Of a stretch of 64,000 nucleotides of DNA, positions 39,636 to 52,900 are shown piece after piece. Position numbers and translations under genes: made by a program. Positions within the stretch are counted from its first letter, which is position 1; each line of letters begins with the position of its first letter. The notes below the pieces were generated by a model, which was not told the DNA's origin, did no database searches, and saw only the letters and a list, made by a program, of their open reading frames with translations. Source of the DNA: Azolla caroliniana (taxonomy: Eukaryota; Plantae; Polypodiophyta); assembly GCA_043228905.1 (NCBI GenBank), contig JBHGNT010000069.1:65461-129460 (forward strand). Direction: 5' to 3'.

Positions 39636-40076
39636 CCATATAATATCCCGTGGTAAGAATTTACCGTAGTATTCTATACACGTGGATAAGTGTGAGGGTT
39701 AAATGAGAGTGTAAAGAAGGGGAGGATTACTTTTAATCCTCGGGATTGAGACAACCCATTAGGTCAAGTGTGAACTTGCCTGGGGGCCTTGGGTTTCGCT
39801 ATAAATAAGAGGCCTAGCTACCCTCATTGGATGATCTCTTGACTACATCGAGACTCTGCTCGTGTGGTGGGTCAACTCCTGTAGCGAGCGCGCCAGCACC
39901 AGGTACGACTCGACGCCACGGCGGTGGTATGGGACGCCGATCGAGGCTCGAGTCCGTCTCGATCCCTTCGCTCGGGGGTGGTCGGGTGGATCGACACCCT
40001 TCTTTCTCTTTCTCCTTTCTATCTATCTTTTCATTATCCTTATCTTAAGCTTACATTAGTATCTAGATCTATAATA
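39622..40076 (+). repeat. 3' LTR
   Basis: Preceded by the PPT; near-identical to the 5' LTR; followed by TSD CCCAT. Confidence 0.95.
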
Positions 40077-40420
40077 CCCATGATCGAGTATCACTCTGGT
40101 TACATTGATTGATTCATGAACGTATAATAACTATTCCAACCCCTCAACGTCTAGACTCAAAGCATACATTCCACCTATTCGTGGATGAACATCAATACCA
40201 ATATATTTGAAGCTTTGCCCCATTTGTATTGGTTCTGCCTTGTATGTAAAGGTGGGGTAGTGTCTTGGTTGTATTAGCTTATATGCTACCATTTTGGTTT
40301 TCTCCACATGAAAGTTAGCCCATTGATTTGGCACAATGTTTCTAATACATCAAGTAAGTGTTGCACATCATCCAATTTATATGAGAATAATCAATAACTT
40401 CAAACATATCGGAGATAGAT
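40077..40420 (-). mobile_element. LINE RT thumb-region remnant forming the right flank of the gypsy insertion
   Basis: ORF 40131-40334 contains HVEKTKMV...FTYKAEPIQMGQSFKYIGI, matching the non-LTR RT KTK...FKYLG motifs. Confidence 0.6.
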
Positions 40421-41076
40421 ACATAGATGGGTAGATTATATTATTGTCTTCGGATGTCAAATATTACCTATGAGACCAAAAATATTACATTTCACATAAT
40501 ACATGTGAAAGTGACTAGTGATTCTCGATGTTCAAGAACTTTACCAACGAATGTTGCAATTGAGAGTCACACATTGTGGTTGTAAGAGAAATTCGTGCGA
40601 GGATTGGGTTTGGTCGAAGACGCATGGAAGGCATTGTTGAATATGATCAAAGGCAAAGCATTGTATTAAAGCGTGATACCCGGTCTCTCATACTTGTTTA
40701 TGGCAAAGTATGCATAGTTGACCACTCTCATCACTTGTGCCCCCCTAATCTCTCGTCTCACATCACAACGCATGTGAGCTAAGTCGCATGGAAACAATTT
40801 GTTCAAATGGGCGACAACTGGATGGGCTCTAGGATGTATCAATTGTATAGTTCACCAGTTCAGCGAAGAATATGGTTTTTGGAGTTAGTTCCAACAGGTG
40901 TAGTATATAATATGCGATTAGCAAGGTTTCCAAATTTGGAGATGGGCTTAACTAGATTTGGTGGAGCCCACTACTAAGCTACTACTGATTAGTCAGGAAA
41001 AGAAGAAAATGACGCACTTGCTTTGCTGCATTCAGAGGAAAGAAAGGAAATACATACGAGGCAATCAGAAGAGGAT

Positions 41077-41142
41077 ATGATGCAGAGCGAGATGTCGCCA
41101 TCGCCATCGCCATCCATACCTCGAACCCCCATCGCCAACAAT

Positions 41143-41186
<44 letters not shown>

Positions 41187-42165
41187 GAGCAGGACTAGTG
41201 ACAGTAGGAAGCCTCTCTTTCGCGTGGTTCCTGATGACTCCAAGCCTGTGCTTCGCGACCCGGTAATGACGTATTGTTTGGATTAATCTCTGTAATTTGT
41301 GACGTTTTTCTCGTAACCATGTATCTGATTCGGTTTTTATATGTGTATCTTATGTATGTGCTTTTCTTCTTGTGCTGTCCTATCTATGTATGGGCATTCA
41401 TTTATGCGCTTTTAATGTTATTTTGTACTTATCTCTGCACGTACATTCTTGTATATCTACGTATATTCATTTATGTCCTTGACCTATGTACAAGTATTCC
41501 TGTATATGTATATGTATCCATTTAGGTACCTTTTGATGGATGTGTGTGTATGCATTTATGTACTTATCTGAGTATGTGTCTTCATTCACTCATGTACTTG
41601 TATTCATTTATATACTTATCTTCAGTATGTGTATCTACTTATGTATTTATCTTTGTTTGCGTATGCATTTGGTTTATTATCTACATATATGTGTTTACGT
41701 AAACTGTGTTTTTTGCAAGCCGCAAATCCTAGCTTCTTATGGGTTTCTGCACATGTATATATTCGTGTGCGCACTCATCAATATCTTTGTACCTATCTAT
41801 GTAGGTAGTTATCAATGTATATATATACTCATGTATGCTTCCTTACCTATGTGTGTATTTCATGTATGCACTTACATATTGATGCATGCGTAGTCATGTA
41901 TGTATGTACATGCATGTACATGTATTCGTGTGTAACAATTTGCATGAATTTTTTTTTCCATTTTCTCTGATCAAATGTATTTTTTTTTTTCTGCTTTCTC
42001 TCCTCAAATGTATTTTTTTCTGTCTGCTGTATTCATATATGTACTACTTATCTCTGTGTGTGTGTGTCTGTGTTTGTGTTTCCTTTGTTTTGTTCGTAGC
42101 TTTTAACCTCTGATCCTATCCATACCGAGCAAATCCTCCTCGAGCCTCCTTCCCTCAATCGATAA
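41077..42165 (+). CDS. Small two-exon uncharacterised protein (83 aa) with a poly-Asn tract
   Basis: Exon 1 41077-41262 (MMQSEMSPSPSPSIPRTPIA-N15-KSRTSDSRKPLFRVVPDDSKPVLRDP, donor CG/GTAATG). Exon 2 42100-42165 follows a pyrimidine tract and TAG and reads in frame LLTSDPIHTEQILLEPPSLNR*. Confidence 0.7.
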
Positions 42166-44320
42166 GATGAGTTTGAGTCTCCTCTTTGTATTCGACACAT
42201 CCTGGTAATGTTTTGTCATTCTCTGCTTTTATGGTAACACACTAACTGTTTGAATTGAATTCTTTTTATTTTGTGAAAATGTAGCCACATTTTTAGTTGG
42301 TGAATAGCCAATGGAAAAAGTATTTGAATCCCAATTCTGTTAAAAATATGCAACCACATTTTTAATGTAGGAATAGCCAAAGAAACATTCTTGAACAAAT
42401 TGTTTGAATAATTGGGCTCATTTGAAAATGTAGATTCATTTTTTCATCAGTGAGTAGCCAATGATCAAAGCTTTTGAATTCCAATTCTCTCGAAAATATG
42501 TAACCACATTTTTCGTCTGGTGTAGCCAACGAAACATGCTTAATCAATTGTTTCAAAATTTGGTTTCTTTTGAAAACGTAGCCACATTTTTTTGTCAATC
42601 AGCACCAAAGACGCGTGTTGCGAGAAGCATCTATGATCTAAAACCTTAATATTCTGTCTAAAGTTAATATCAGGCAGTCTGGGAACTGTCTCACTCATCT
42701 ATACAAAAGGAACTATTATGTTGTGCTCAAGATTCAATATTATGGCTTCATATCAAATATGTAATAATATAGCATTTGGCTGTACGAGTTGTGTAAATAA
42801 TTTGCCTTCATATTCAGATATTTGAAATTGGTGGAATTGTGAGATTCATTGTGGTAAGTGCTATTATCAGATGCAAATCCCACACATAAAAAGCATTATT
42901 TTAGACCCTCAACATTAATTTTAAGGGGGTTTTAAACTATTAATGTTTTCATATGATGTTAAGTTTTTGTAGAGATATATAATAAATCTCTCCTTATGTT
43001 CCTTATTCTTGATATCTATGTTATTTATATGATAACTACATCACATGATTAATCAATTACAGAATGGCATCTTCTAGTTTGAGTAAAATATACGCAACCT
43101 TAATATTTATTTATAGTGAAAGATAAAAGAGAGATGGCCTTAATATTCCATAAGAGATACAGATATGGAAGAAAGAAAGGAAGATATATTAATATATCTT
43201 TAGCCTTATCTCCAGGAACAAGTACAATTGTAAAACTTCCGAAGAGAGAGATCCTGAATAACTCTCCAGCATTTTGGTAGGGTATACACATAGAGAGTCA
43301 TGCATAGTATCTTAAAGGAATGTGACATTAGATGGACATTTAACTTATGGCTTCCCAAGATATCCAACATTAACTGGTTCAAGATGATGAGGTTTCTAAA
43401 ACAAAGCAAATTTGATGCTGGGTGATAATGAATAACATTGAGTTTTCGACACCAAGGGTGATGAGGCCATGTGGACATGATGTATATGCATGTCAAATAC
43501 ATATTTCTTTATCTAGGCCGAAATGGCAAGGTTTCTAAAGCAACTTTGATGCTAAGGAACAACCCCATTGTAAAAAGCTATAAAAGTCACCAAAAGGTGA
43601 CTTTGGTAGCTCCACTTCTTTCTTGGGGTTTCTCCTTTCACATAGTCTTTTTTAGAGCTAACTTCATCTCCTCAATCTTTCTCTTCGGTGTAAGAGCAAT
43701 TAAGGTTAATTGGTAATTAGCCAAAGCCTAATCGCTCTTCCTCTTGTATGTGTACTGTATACTTTCTTTATAATAGAACTGGTGATAGTTTTTCTTCTAT
43801 ACTCCTCTTGTTTACATATGAATCTAACAGTGACAATCTATTAAGAGAGAGAGAGTTAACGCAGGAGAGAGTGAGTGTGAGAAGAATTAAGGTCAGGGTT
43901 GCGAGATTAGAGGCTCAAGAGTGATTGACAGTTACTCTTGCCCGGTTCACTATTAATTGGGTAAACAGAGGTCCGGATCCTTTGGCTAATGATATCGACA
44001 TGGAGGTAGAACTCTGTTACTACATAGAAGTGTTCTAATGTCATGTACACAGAAACCACACATGCTGGTTGATAATGAATAACCTTGAGTTTTTGACTCC
44101 AAGGATGATGAGATCAAGGTCCATGTGGACACGATGTATGTACATGTCTACATATTTCTTTATCGAGTATAACCCTTTTAGAATGTTGTTTGTGGTTGAG
44201 AGACCCTATGTAAAATGAGAATGATAAATGGATGAAGTGATTGATTGTGAAGGTTCTTTGCTGATGTGGGTCTATGACTACATTTGTCATTTTTCTGAAC
44301 TCTTCTCAATGTCTCTTGAT

Positions 44321-44488
44321 TTCCAAACAAGAACACTGTTGGTCTTTATTTCAACTTCATAGTGGATTCGACCAAAACCTTGTCATGTGAAGAAGACTTG
44401 AAATTTCCAAACAAGAACACTGTTGGTCTTTATTTCAACTTCATAGTGGATTTGACCAAAACCTTGTCATGTGAAGAAGACTTGAAAT
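44321..44488. repeat. 84-bp tandem duplication
   Basis: TTCCAAACAAGAACACTGTTGG...GAAGACTTGAAAT at 44321 and 44405. Confidence 0.85.
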
Positions 44489-46101
44489 TGTCAAACATCA
44501 TTAATGTTGCTCTTTGCTCCTCACACTGGAAGAATTTGTGGATAGATCAGATAGAGAAATTCTTAAGTCGATTGACTACAGAAAGAAATGCTTTTAAATT
44601 TCTATTAATTACATGCTTCAAATTTTTCTGGTAGAAAGAAGCGAGGATGAAGAAACCATTAATCAAATTCCAGAATTCCTTTTCCACCATGGGATTAGGA
44701 AAGTCACTTTTTGACCAAGCATATGGAAGACTAGTTTTAAAGGGGGAAAAAAACTTTTTGCATTCTGTAACATAGATATTTATGGTAAATTCTAGGAATC
44801 GCCAATGCTTTAGTTTGAGCCAAGTTGAACTGTGAATCTGTTGCTTGACAACTTAACTAGCTCAGTTCAAGTTTAAAATTTTGTAAATAATTCAGTTTGG
44901 CTTGCTCGTTTGGTTTGAGCCTTCATTGTCTTAACAGTTTGTGTCTATCCGGCTTCAAATTATGGCTTAATGGCTTAATGGTTTGAGGAAACATCATTGA
45001 AATCTTTATTAAACATGTAAAATAACTCTATAAATGATGTAATATGTATATGAAGTTTCAAATTTGAACCCTAACAATTCTTTCAAATTTTGAAAAGATA
45101 TCCTTCAGAATATCGAAAAGTAATTGTAAAATTGCCAATAATTTGGTTCTAGCCAAAACAGTGGCTTAACACCTTAATGGTTTATAAATCTCTTGAACTG
45201 ATTGGGTGTAAACAGTTTTGGTTTAAATGTTTCGTGGTTTAGTTTAGGTTTCAAATTGTGACTTCGATATTGAGACTCCCAAACCAATCCGAAATGAGTC
45301 AAACCATTCTCAACTGGTAGTAATTTCTCTGACAACAGATCCAAAATTTAAACTAGCACTGCAATTGTTATTGTGTTTCAGTGCTTGGAATTGCTGATAA
45401 TGATGTGTTTAGATTTCATTGTTTGAGAATCAAGTTGTTTTACCTAGAATGTGTGTTAGATATCAATATTAATGTCTATGGGTCTTGAATGATGATTTTG
45501 ATGTCTAGGGAAGAACTTTTAACATCAAATAAATATAAGGAGAATAAAAATGAAATCAATCATGATTTGAATGCTGGAGTGTGTAATATCGGTGCAATAT
45601 GACAATAATCTGGTGATATATAAAAATGATTATTCACGTTTTCAATTCAAATTTCAGGAAAAGGGAAGGAGAGCAAGAAAGAAAGAGGGAGTAACTGTTG
45701 ATTCCTCAATTATGGATGCTAAGTTCTTGCAACAAGGCTTTGTTTCAAGAGTGATATAGGCTATTTTTTTAAATGGTACGATTTCTAAAAATGAAAAGGT
45801 GTAAACCTTAGAATATGTATGATAAAGGGTAAGTTGCATAATAAGTCCTTGAAGATAGGATAGAGATGATTGTAGGTTATTTTCTTTAGTATTTTGCAAA
45901 ATGGATGCTATGATGCAGCATTGGGAATTTTAATTTTGAGATATTATGGTATTGTTATCCATCTTGAAACCACATTTCAGTTACAAAAGCATAATTTGAG
46001 TACGTTTGAATGTTGTATAGATTATATATCTTTTTAAAAATCATAATGTTTATCATTTGATGAAAATGTTGGTGTCCTTAAATTGTCATTAGGAAAACGT
46101 A

Positions 46102-46275
46102 TTTCAATCATAATGAAATGCAAGATCTTTTGGACTAACCTTTGCAATGATCCCCAACACCTTTCAATCATAGTGAAATGCAAGATCTTTTGGACTACCT
46201 TTGCAATGATGCCCAACACCTTTCAATCATAATGAAATGCAAGATCTTTTGGACTAACCTTCGCAATGATCCCCG
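46102..46275. repeat. ~59-bp tandem repeat, 3 copies
   Basis: TTTCAATCATAATGAAATGCAAGATCTTTTGGACTAACCTTTGCAATGATCCCCAACACC-like unit repeated three times. Confidence 0.88.
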
Positions 46276-46798
46276 ACTTCACTGAGAAGTTTTTGGTATT
46301 GCATAATTATAATAATGAGCAGCAAGGTTACAGCTTAGTGGGTTTTATTTGAAAACATATCTACCTGCTCCCAGTGTTTTGTGCAAGTGAAGAAATTGTT
46401 TGTACTCACAGTATCTTGTTGGGAGCTAATTGACATATGAAGACATTGCTACTTGTGTAGATCTTCAATATGCAGTCAAGCCCAATGTCATGTATCAAAA
46501 AGAGCTTTCAGATTGGAACATTGTTCATGCCTTCACAGGTAAAATAAAAGATGGGCACTTGCTTGGCTGGTAACTAGATACCAATACTCTTGGATAAGTT
46601 TATTACAGAATTTGAAGAGGGGATTGTACCTTAAAGTTTAATGAGTTTTACAATTTACAAATAAGTAACAGATTCAAGGCAATTAAATCAATATGGTGTT
46701 TGAGCATTCAAAACTATCCTAAATGTTTCTACAAGGGTATCCTCAAAGCACAAAGGATATATACATTGGATATCACATATGTTGCTTGGGAAAAGAAA

Positions 46799-46977
46799 GA
46801 ATATGGTATTCAAATGCAGCACGATAGATGACCATAGAAAGAATCAGAAGGCCTTTTTCGAACATTCAATTTAGTAGTCGGCATTATGTGGTAAATGCTT
46901 GTGGAAGGCAGCTACAGCACCTTCGACCCCATCTTCCCCTTTCATCACTTCAGCTAGAGCTATTGCATTTTGTTTAA
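46799..46977 (-). pseudogene. Diverged tandem copy of the UGT80 terminal exon
   Basis: Repeats 46989-47168 (KQNAIALAEVMKGEDGVEGAVAAFHKHLPH), then frameshifts to an early stop; it lacks the CAG acceptor. Confidence 0.8.
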
Positions 46978-46998
46978 AGATAGATATAAATATGGTAT

Positions 46999-49900
46999 TC
47001 AAAAGCAGCACGATAGATGACCATAGAAAGAATTAGGTCTTTTTGGAGCATTCAATTTAGTAGTAGTCGGCATTATATGTGGTAAATGCTTGTGGAAGGC
47101 AGCCACAGCACCTTCAACCCCATCCTCCCCTTTCATCACTTCAGCTAGAGCTATTGCATTTTGTTTAACCTGTAAAATTTTGAACAAACAGACCTCCCCT
47201 TATTGCCATCATACACAAATGAAAAGCTGCATATCTTAATTAGCCTTAGTTCCTTTGATTCATGTGAGTTACCCATTTTCATTGGTTAAATCTCTAGGAT
47301 AAGAGAAATGCTTAGGTTGTAGACTCAGGTGACTGATCACACGACTCATCAATCATCCTTATTTATTACATATAAATAAGTATGATTGATTCATTTGAAT
47401 TACCCATTTTCATTGGATTAAATGTTAGACTCAGGAGTGACTGATCACATTCAAAAAATTGCTACAATAAATGGTTCATTAGGTACAGGAGCTAGGGTAG
47501 GAGATGTCCCAAAGCTGTCTATACAAAAGTTTACACATGATATGTGTTGTATTATCTCTATGACTGTGGTGCCCCTGTTTTATCCCAAAACTGACTGGGA
47601 AACACCAGGGAGCCCTGCCTCTGTTCCAATTGCGGCACCGCCCTGGGTTGGGAGAACCCAGTCCCAACAGGTAGTGATTAGAGCAAGCCACCCCACTTAT
47701 TGTATACTTACGAATAATGATATTATGATTACAGAGGATGATGGGGAAGAGAAGGAATTTCTAGACAAACATCTCAACAAAGAATTCGAGATGAAGAAAT
47801 TAGGAAAGCTGAAATACTTCCTTCGAATTGAAGTGGCTTGCTCTAAACAATGATTTTCCATTTCTCAGCAGAAGTATGTTACAGATTTGATAAAGGACAG
47901 AACAGGGAAATTGGCTTGCAAACCAGCTAACATACTGATTGACCCAAACCACAGATTGGGAGAACATTGGGAAGATGAGTATATAGACAAAGAAATGTAC
48001 CAAAACTTGGTTGGAAAGCTAATATATACATGAGGCCTGATATTGCATTTGCAGTCAGTGTGGCAAACCAATTCATGCATAGTCCAAGGAAGGTACACTT
48101 ACAGGCAGTACATTGAGTGATGCAATGTCTAAAAGGCAGTCCAGGACATCTTTTTAGAAGAAGAATAGGGGTTGAAATAGAAGCATATACAGATGCTGAT
48201 TAAGCAGCTAGTCCTAGATAGCACATAGTTCAGTACAGAATGACAGAACGAAACACATAGAGGTGGACAGATATTTCTTCATGGAGGTGGATAGGGATCT
48301 GATCTGCATGCCAGATGCCCTATCATCAACTAGTAGCAGATATTCTCTCTAAAGAATTAAGTAATCCAACATTCCAAACAATTCTATCCATGCTAGGAAT
48401 GGCAAGGAAATTCACCAGCTTGAGGGGAGTGTCAAAGTTACTAAAACATTCCAAACAAAAGAGGGAAGTAACTAAAGAGGCAAATAATAGTTTCTACTTT
48501 TAGACATTGTTTTCTTGTATGAAAGAGGATGACTCCCACCACAGAAATTAAGGGAAAACGAACAAGATTACATTGCATTTGTCTCATTACTTGTACCCAT
48601 GGTTCCTATTTCATTGCACCAACCTTGTTACAAAGGGAAGCTATACAGTTAAGGTAAAGCTTGCCGTGAAGGTGTTTTGTTAATACTTAGGACTAAGACA
48701 AAAAAATCACAAAACCACTGGCTGTATTCTAGTGGTAAACCAAAGGTTTATTAATCATGCACCTGAGTTCAATCTCAGTAATTAGATTAATAGGTGTTGG
48801 ATGCTGCACAAAAAAAACCACTCAAGTTCCAACCATTGCTCCTCTGAACTAGTAAAAGAAATAGTAAGGACCAAGGCATGAGGAACCTATAGACAAATGA
48901 TTGGGTTTAACATGACTTGACTACAGAATACTTCCTATCCAATCCAAGTGAATTAATTCTTCTTGGATCTATTATTGATGGTGACAACTGAAATGCTGTG
49001 AGATGGTTAAACAGGCAAGAAACAATTAGCGGAATTATAATGCCACTATAAAAGAGACTCAACCCAAGATGAACCAGATGCAATCTATCAATAGACTCTG
49101 GTTTATGGATCAACAGAATGTATTGACTCTCCTCTGCAAGAGGGCTCATAATAAGAATGCAGTGCAACTTCTTCCATATGCACCATATAATCATAGCCGA
49201 ATATCTCATACTTGCTTGACATAAAAGAATTAAGACAAAAAATGCCAAGTTGATTTTGGGCTTACAGCAAAAAATGCCAAGACAAAAATCAATATCCAAA
49301 TATACAACTCAATTATGCTTTCAAATGTTTGGGCAGATCAAATTAAGGTTTCAAGAACAAGGGCTGGATCAAAGAAAAGACAATCATATTATTGATACAG
49401 ACAAACAACATCCACCAACAACTTCTTGCACATGCTTGCACCTCTTAGGAAAGTTTGCAGAAAGGATGTATTGCATAATAAAGTTTACACATTTCAATTG
49501 AAAGAACCTAAAGTGCATGACATAATAAAGAAATAAGAGTAAGAAATACCTGGGGATTCATCATATAATGTATCGCATGAACTAGCTTATCAAGAGAAAA
49601 CTCATCCACAGGAATCGGTGGGGGTCCTACACCCTTGGCATATACACGATCTCCCCAGAAAGGCTGGTCACCAAAGAAGGGAACAATAGTTGTTGGACAC
49701 TGCACCAGAAATACCAGTGGATTCAATAACTCTTTTTCTAGATAACCACAACCCAATAATACTTACTAATGTTGGATAAGGAAAGATTTTACACTATTCT
49801 CTACGAACAAGAAAATCACAGCATTGCTGTAAGAACATACATAGCCTCCATTATCATATCACATTTGCCTTATTTTATAAATGTGAGAATGAAGACCCCT

Positions 49901-52900
49901 TACATGCCCTCCATGTAGTACATTACATATCTCATTTTAGCAATGCAGAAAATAAAACCATTGTCTTTCTGTAAGGGCATAAATGCACGTATTATACCAC
50001 TGTTAGTGCCTCATTTTAGAAACAGAGAAAATAACATCATCGTAACGCCATACACAGACTCTGTACAGCAAACTGCAAGTGGCTAACTTAACCAGCATAC
50101 ATCAAGCAATATATCACATTTATTATATCATGATCAAGAGTCAATTTTTATGCAAATTCTGGTTATCAAACAAAACCAACCACAGAAGTACAAGATTTGT
50201 TGTGGGGAATGCTACAAAATACTAAAATTATACTTTCTATAAAATAGGGCTGTATAAGTAAAAAAAAACTAGTAGCCAAAAAAATCAGTTATCGTTCTTC
50301 ATCACCCTGAACTCCTCAAAAAAATATGAAACAGCTCACACAAATCATGGTCAAAATGCAATCTGCCACTCATCCCCAGGGACATCACTGGTTATTCCAG
50401 CTGCATCATAACGAGAAACTAGCAGCTGTCCATAAGATTGTATCCATGTGATGATTTCTAAAGCCAGGAGTGGAATCATGTCTAGTGCTCATGTGAATGC
50501 CCAGAAACTTTCAACATAAAAAGATGAAATCAGAGAAATGTCTCTCATAGAGCAAATGAATGGCCAGCACATAGGGTCTGGCGTTCTACATGCATCCATG
50601 TGATTAATTTTCAGCAAACCAACACTAGAAGGCTATGTGTAATCCTGACGGTTGTCTTTCACTTTCTGGGACATAATCAGACTATCTGGAATGTGTTCAT
50701 TTTTGTTCCCATTTGAGACTGCGGTCCTTTTGGGTCTCCTTCACATACACTCGCATATCGGGTTTTGGGAATTTTGTATATAACAGTAATTAATATAATT
50801 CGATGTCAGACTGAGCATGCAGTTTGTCCCTTCAGTTTCTTTGTTAGACATCATAGTAATTAATACAATTACCCATCATGAAAAAGAAAAGACAGCATAA
50901 GGATTCTTACAGCTGCTCTCAAACCAGCGGCTGTGGTCCCTGCCCCACCATGATGAACCTGTTTCATGGAGACAACTGAAGCTCAACAATAGAATGTAAG
51001 GGGGAAAAGGAATAAACAGTTTCAAGTGTGTTAATTGTTAATAAACCCACTATACGAGATGAAAAACATGCAGAAGTCATAATTCATCAAGACCATGGTC
51101 AACCTGTGGTATTTTAATGCCATGCATGTATGTCCAGTTGGTTTGGTGATATTGAGATAAAATATATAATGTAAGCGTGTTTATCTGTACATAGATTTTT
51201 CTTTTGATGTCTAACACAAGTCTGCATAACGGTGTCGTTACCAGGTTTATTTGCTGGCTGCACAGAATGGCCTTCACATAAGATATATACTTCATTTGTG
51301 AATCTCTATGGAAGGCCCACTGCTCTGATATTCTTCATAATCAGCATTCCTCCATAATAGAGCCACAAACATAGCTGCCCTCATTTGGAGTGAGTTGATG
51401 CATACATTCTGAATTTTATGGATACACATACTGGTTTTCCTTGGGCTGCCCAGGGGATGCAGTACGTTTCCTCATATTTTTGGATATTATGCATCTTAAT
51501 GACATACGTCCAGTTTGTGAATGCCACACAATTTGCATCATATACTAATCCTAAACAAAATAAGAGGCTACCACTTAATCAGGAGTATGATGCAAGGACT
51601 GGTTAAGATCTTACCACTGCTGCACATTGAGAAAATAGCCAATCATGGGGGCAGTTATCTAACAGATAAATGGAATCAGGTAGCTTCACCACTGTAAAAC
51701 AAAGGAACAATGTGAGCTCATGCTGTCTTTTATTATGCTTTATTATGTTCAGGTAATATTTTACAATTCATTAAAGAACACATTAGCGGGCAATGTGCAT
51801 GCACTTTAAAACTCACAAGTTCCAAGTCCACTCCAGCCTCTACCAATGATTCCTCTTTGACAAGTGATTTCAAGAGCTTCAATAATTATCTTTGTCATCC
51901 CTGCTGCGTCTTCAACAGGCTGTGGAGGATTTTACTTGTTATCCGAGTTGCACAACATAAATACAAACATATGCAATTTTCGGTGAAATTTTACAAGCAT
52001 AAATGAGATACGAAACATGAGAGCGCCAGCACATTACAGGGAAAACTGAAGTCCTAACAATGCATATGCAAAATAAAAGGATATCATAAAAGATATTCTC
52101 AACTTACTAAGCTTCCAAAGCCCACATAAATGGGAGGAGGCCCTTCTTCAAGCCATTGCACCAGATCTTGGGGGGGTTGATAATCTTGCAAAAGGTCCAA
52201 AAAGCAAAATCCAACTACATCTATTTTTGATCCCCAGTCTGCAATTGCACAAACAATGCAGTTCGACAATTGGTTCAGCCAACTTCTGCGATAGGTATTC
52301 AATGCATGATATTACCTATTATAGCATGATAACAACAAGTGGACGCTTGGGAAAAAAAGTTAACTATACACCTTTCGGTTTTGGAACAAGGTGTGGGCTC
52401 CAAATATATCCTGTAGGAAGCTTTGAGACAGACAACTGAGAACCACTGAGGTAGGTGATTGGACGTAGCCTAAGTTTCTTTTTTCGGAAATCATTAATCA
52501 GTCCTTGTATTCCAATCCAAATAAGGGAATCCACCACTTGGTACGAAATCTGAAGCATGGAATAAATTAGTCAAGTAAGTTAAGAGAAAAACCTAGTTTA
52601 TTCCTTGGCTTTCCTTAAGAAGTTTAGCTATTTTAAGAATGCTCTACCCGGTTTGCTGCATTGTGATGCACTCGAGAAAGAGGATGTGGAAACTCACTTG
52701 TTGGCCTGAAAAAATAGAGAAAAGGTAAATGACTGTAGATGAATTTGACTACATTTTTCACTTGGGGATCTGTGGTATGCTTCATAAAATATTAAATATA
52801 TATGAAAAAAATGTGTAAATATACACATGCTGCAAGCAATGATCAGTACTATCACATATGAAAGGAATAGCCTTACCAAGCAATTTGAGGAATATATTTG

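Larger units (their letters stand above)
33059..40076 (+). mobile_element. Intact, young Ty3/gypsy chromovirus LTR retrotransposon (~7.0 kb)
   Basis: 455-bp LTRs 33059-33513 and 39622-40076 differing at 2 positions seen; TSD CCCAT at 33054-33058 and 40077-40081; PBS TGGTATCAGA at 33516-33525; PPT AAAGAGGGGGAG at ~39608-39619; single uninterrupted gag-pol ORF. Confidence 0.97.

Noticed and set aside
41274-42113. Hydrophobic Tyr/Val/Cys-rich ORFs
   Set aside because: Products of low-complexity TA/TG-rich intron sequence of the small two-exon gene.
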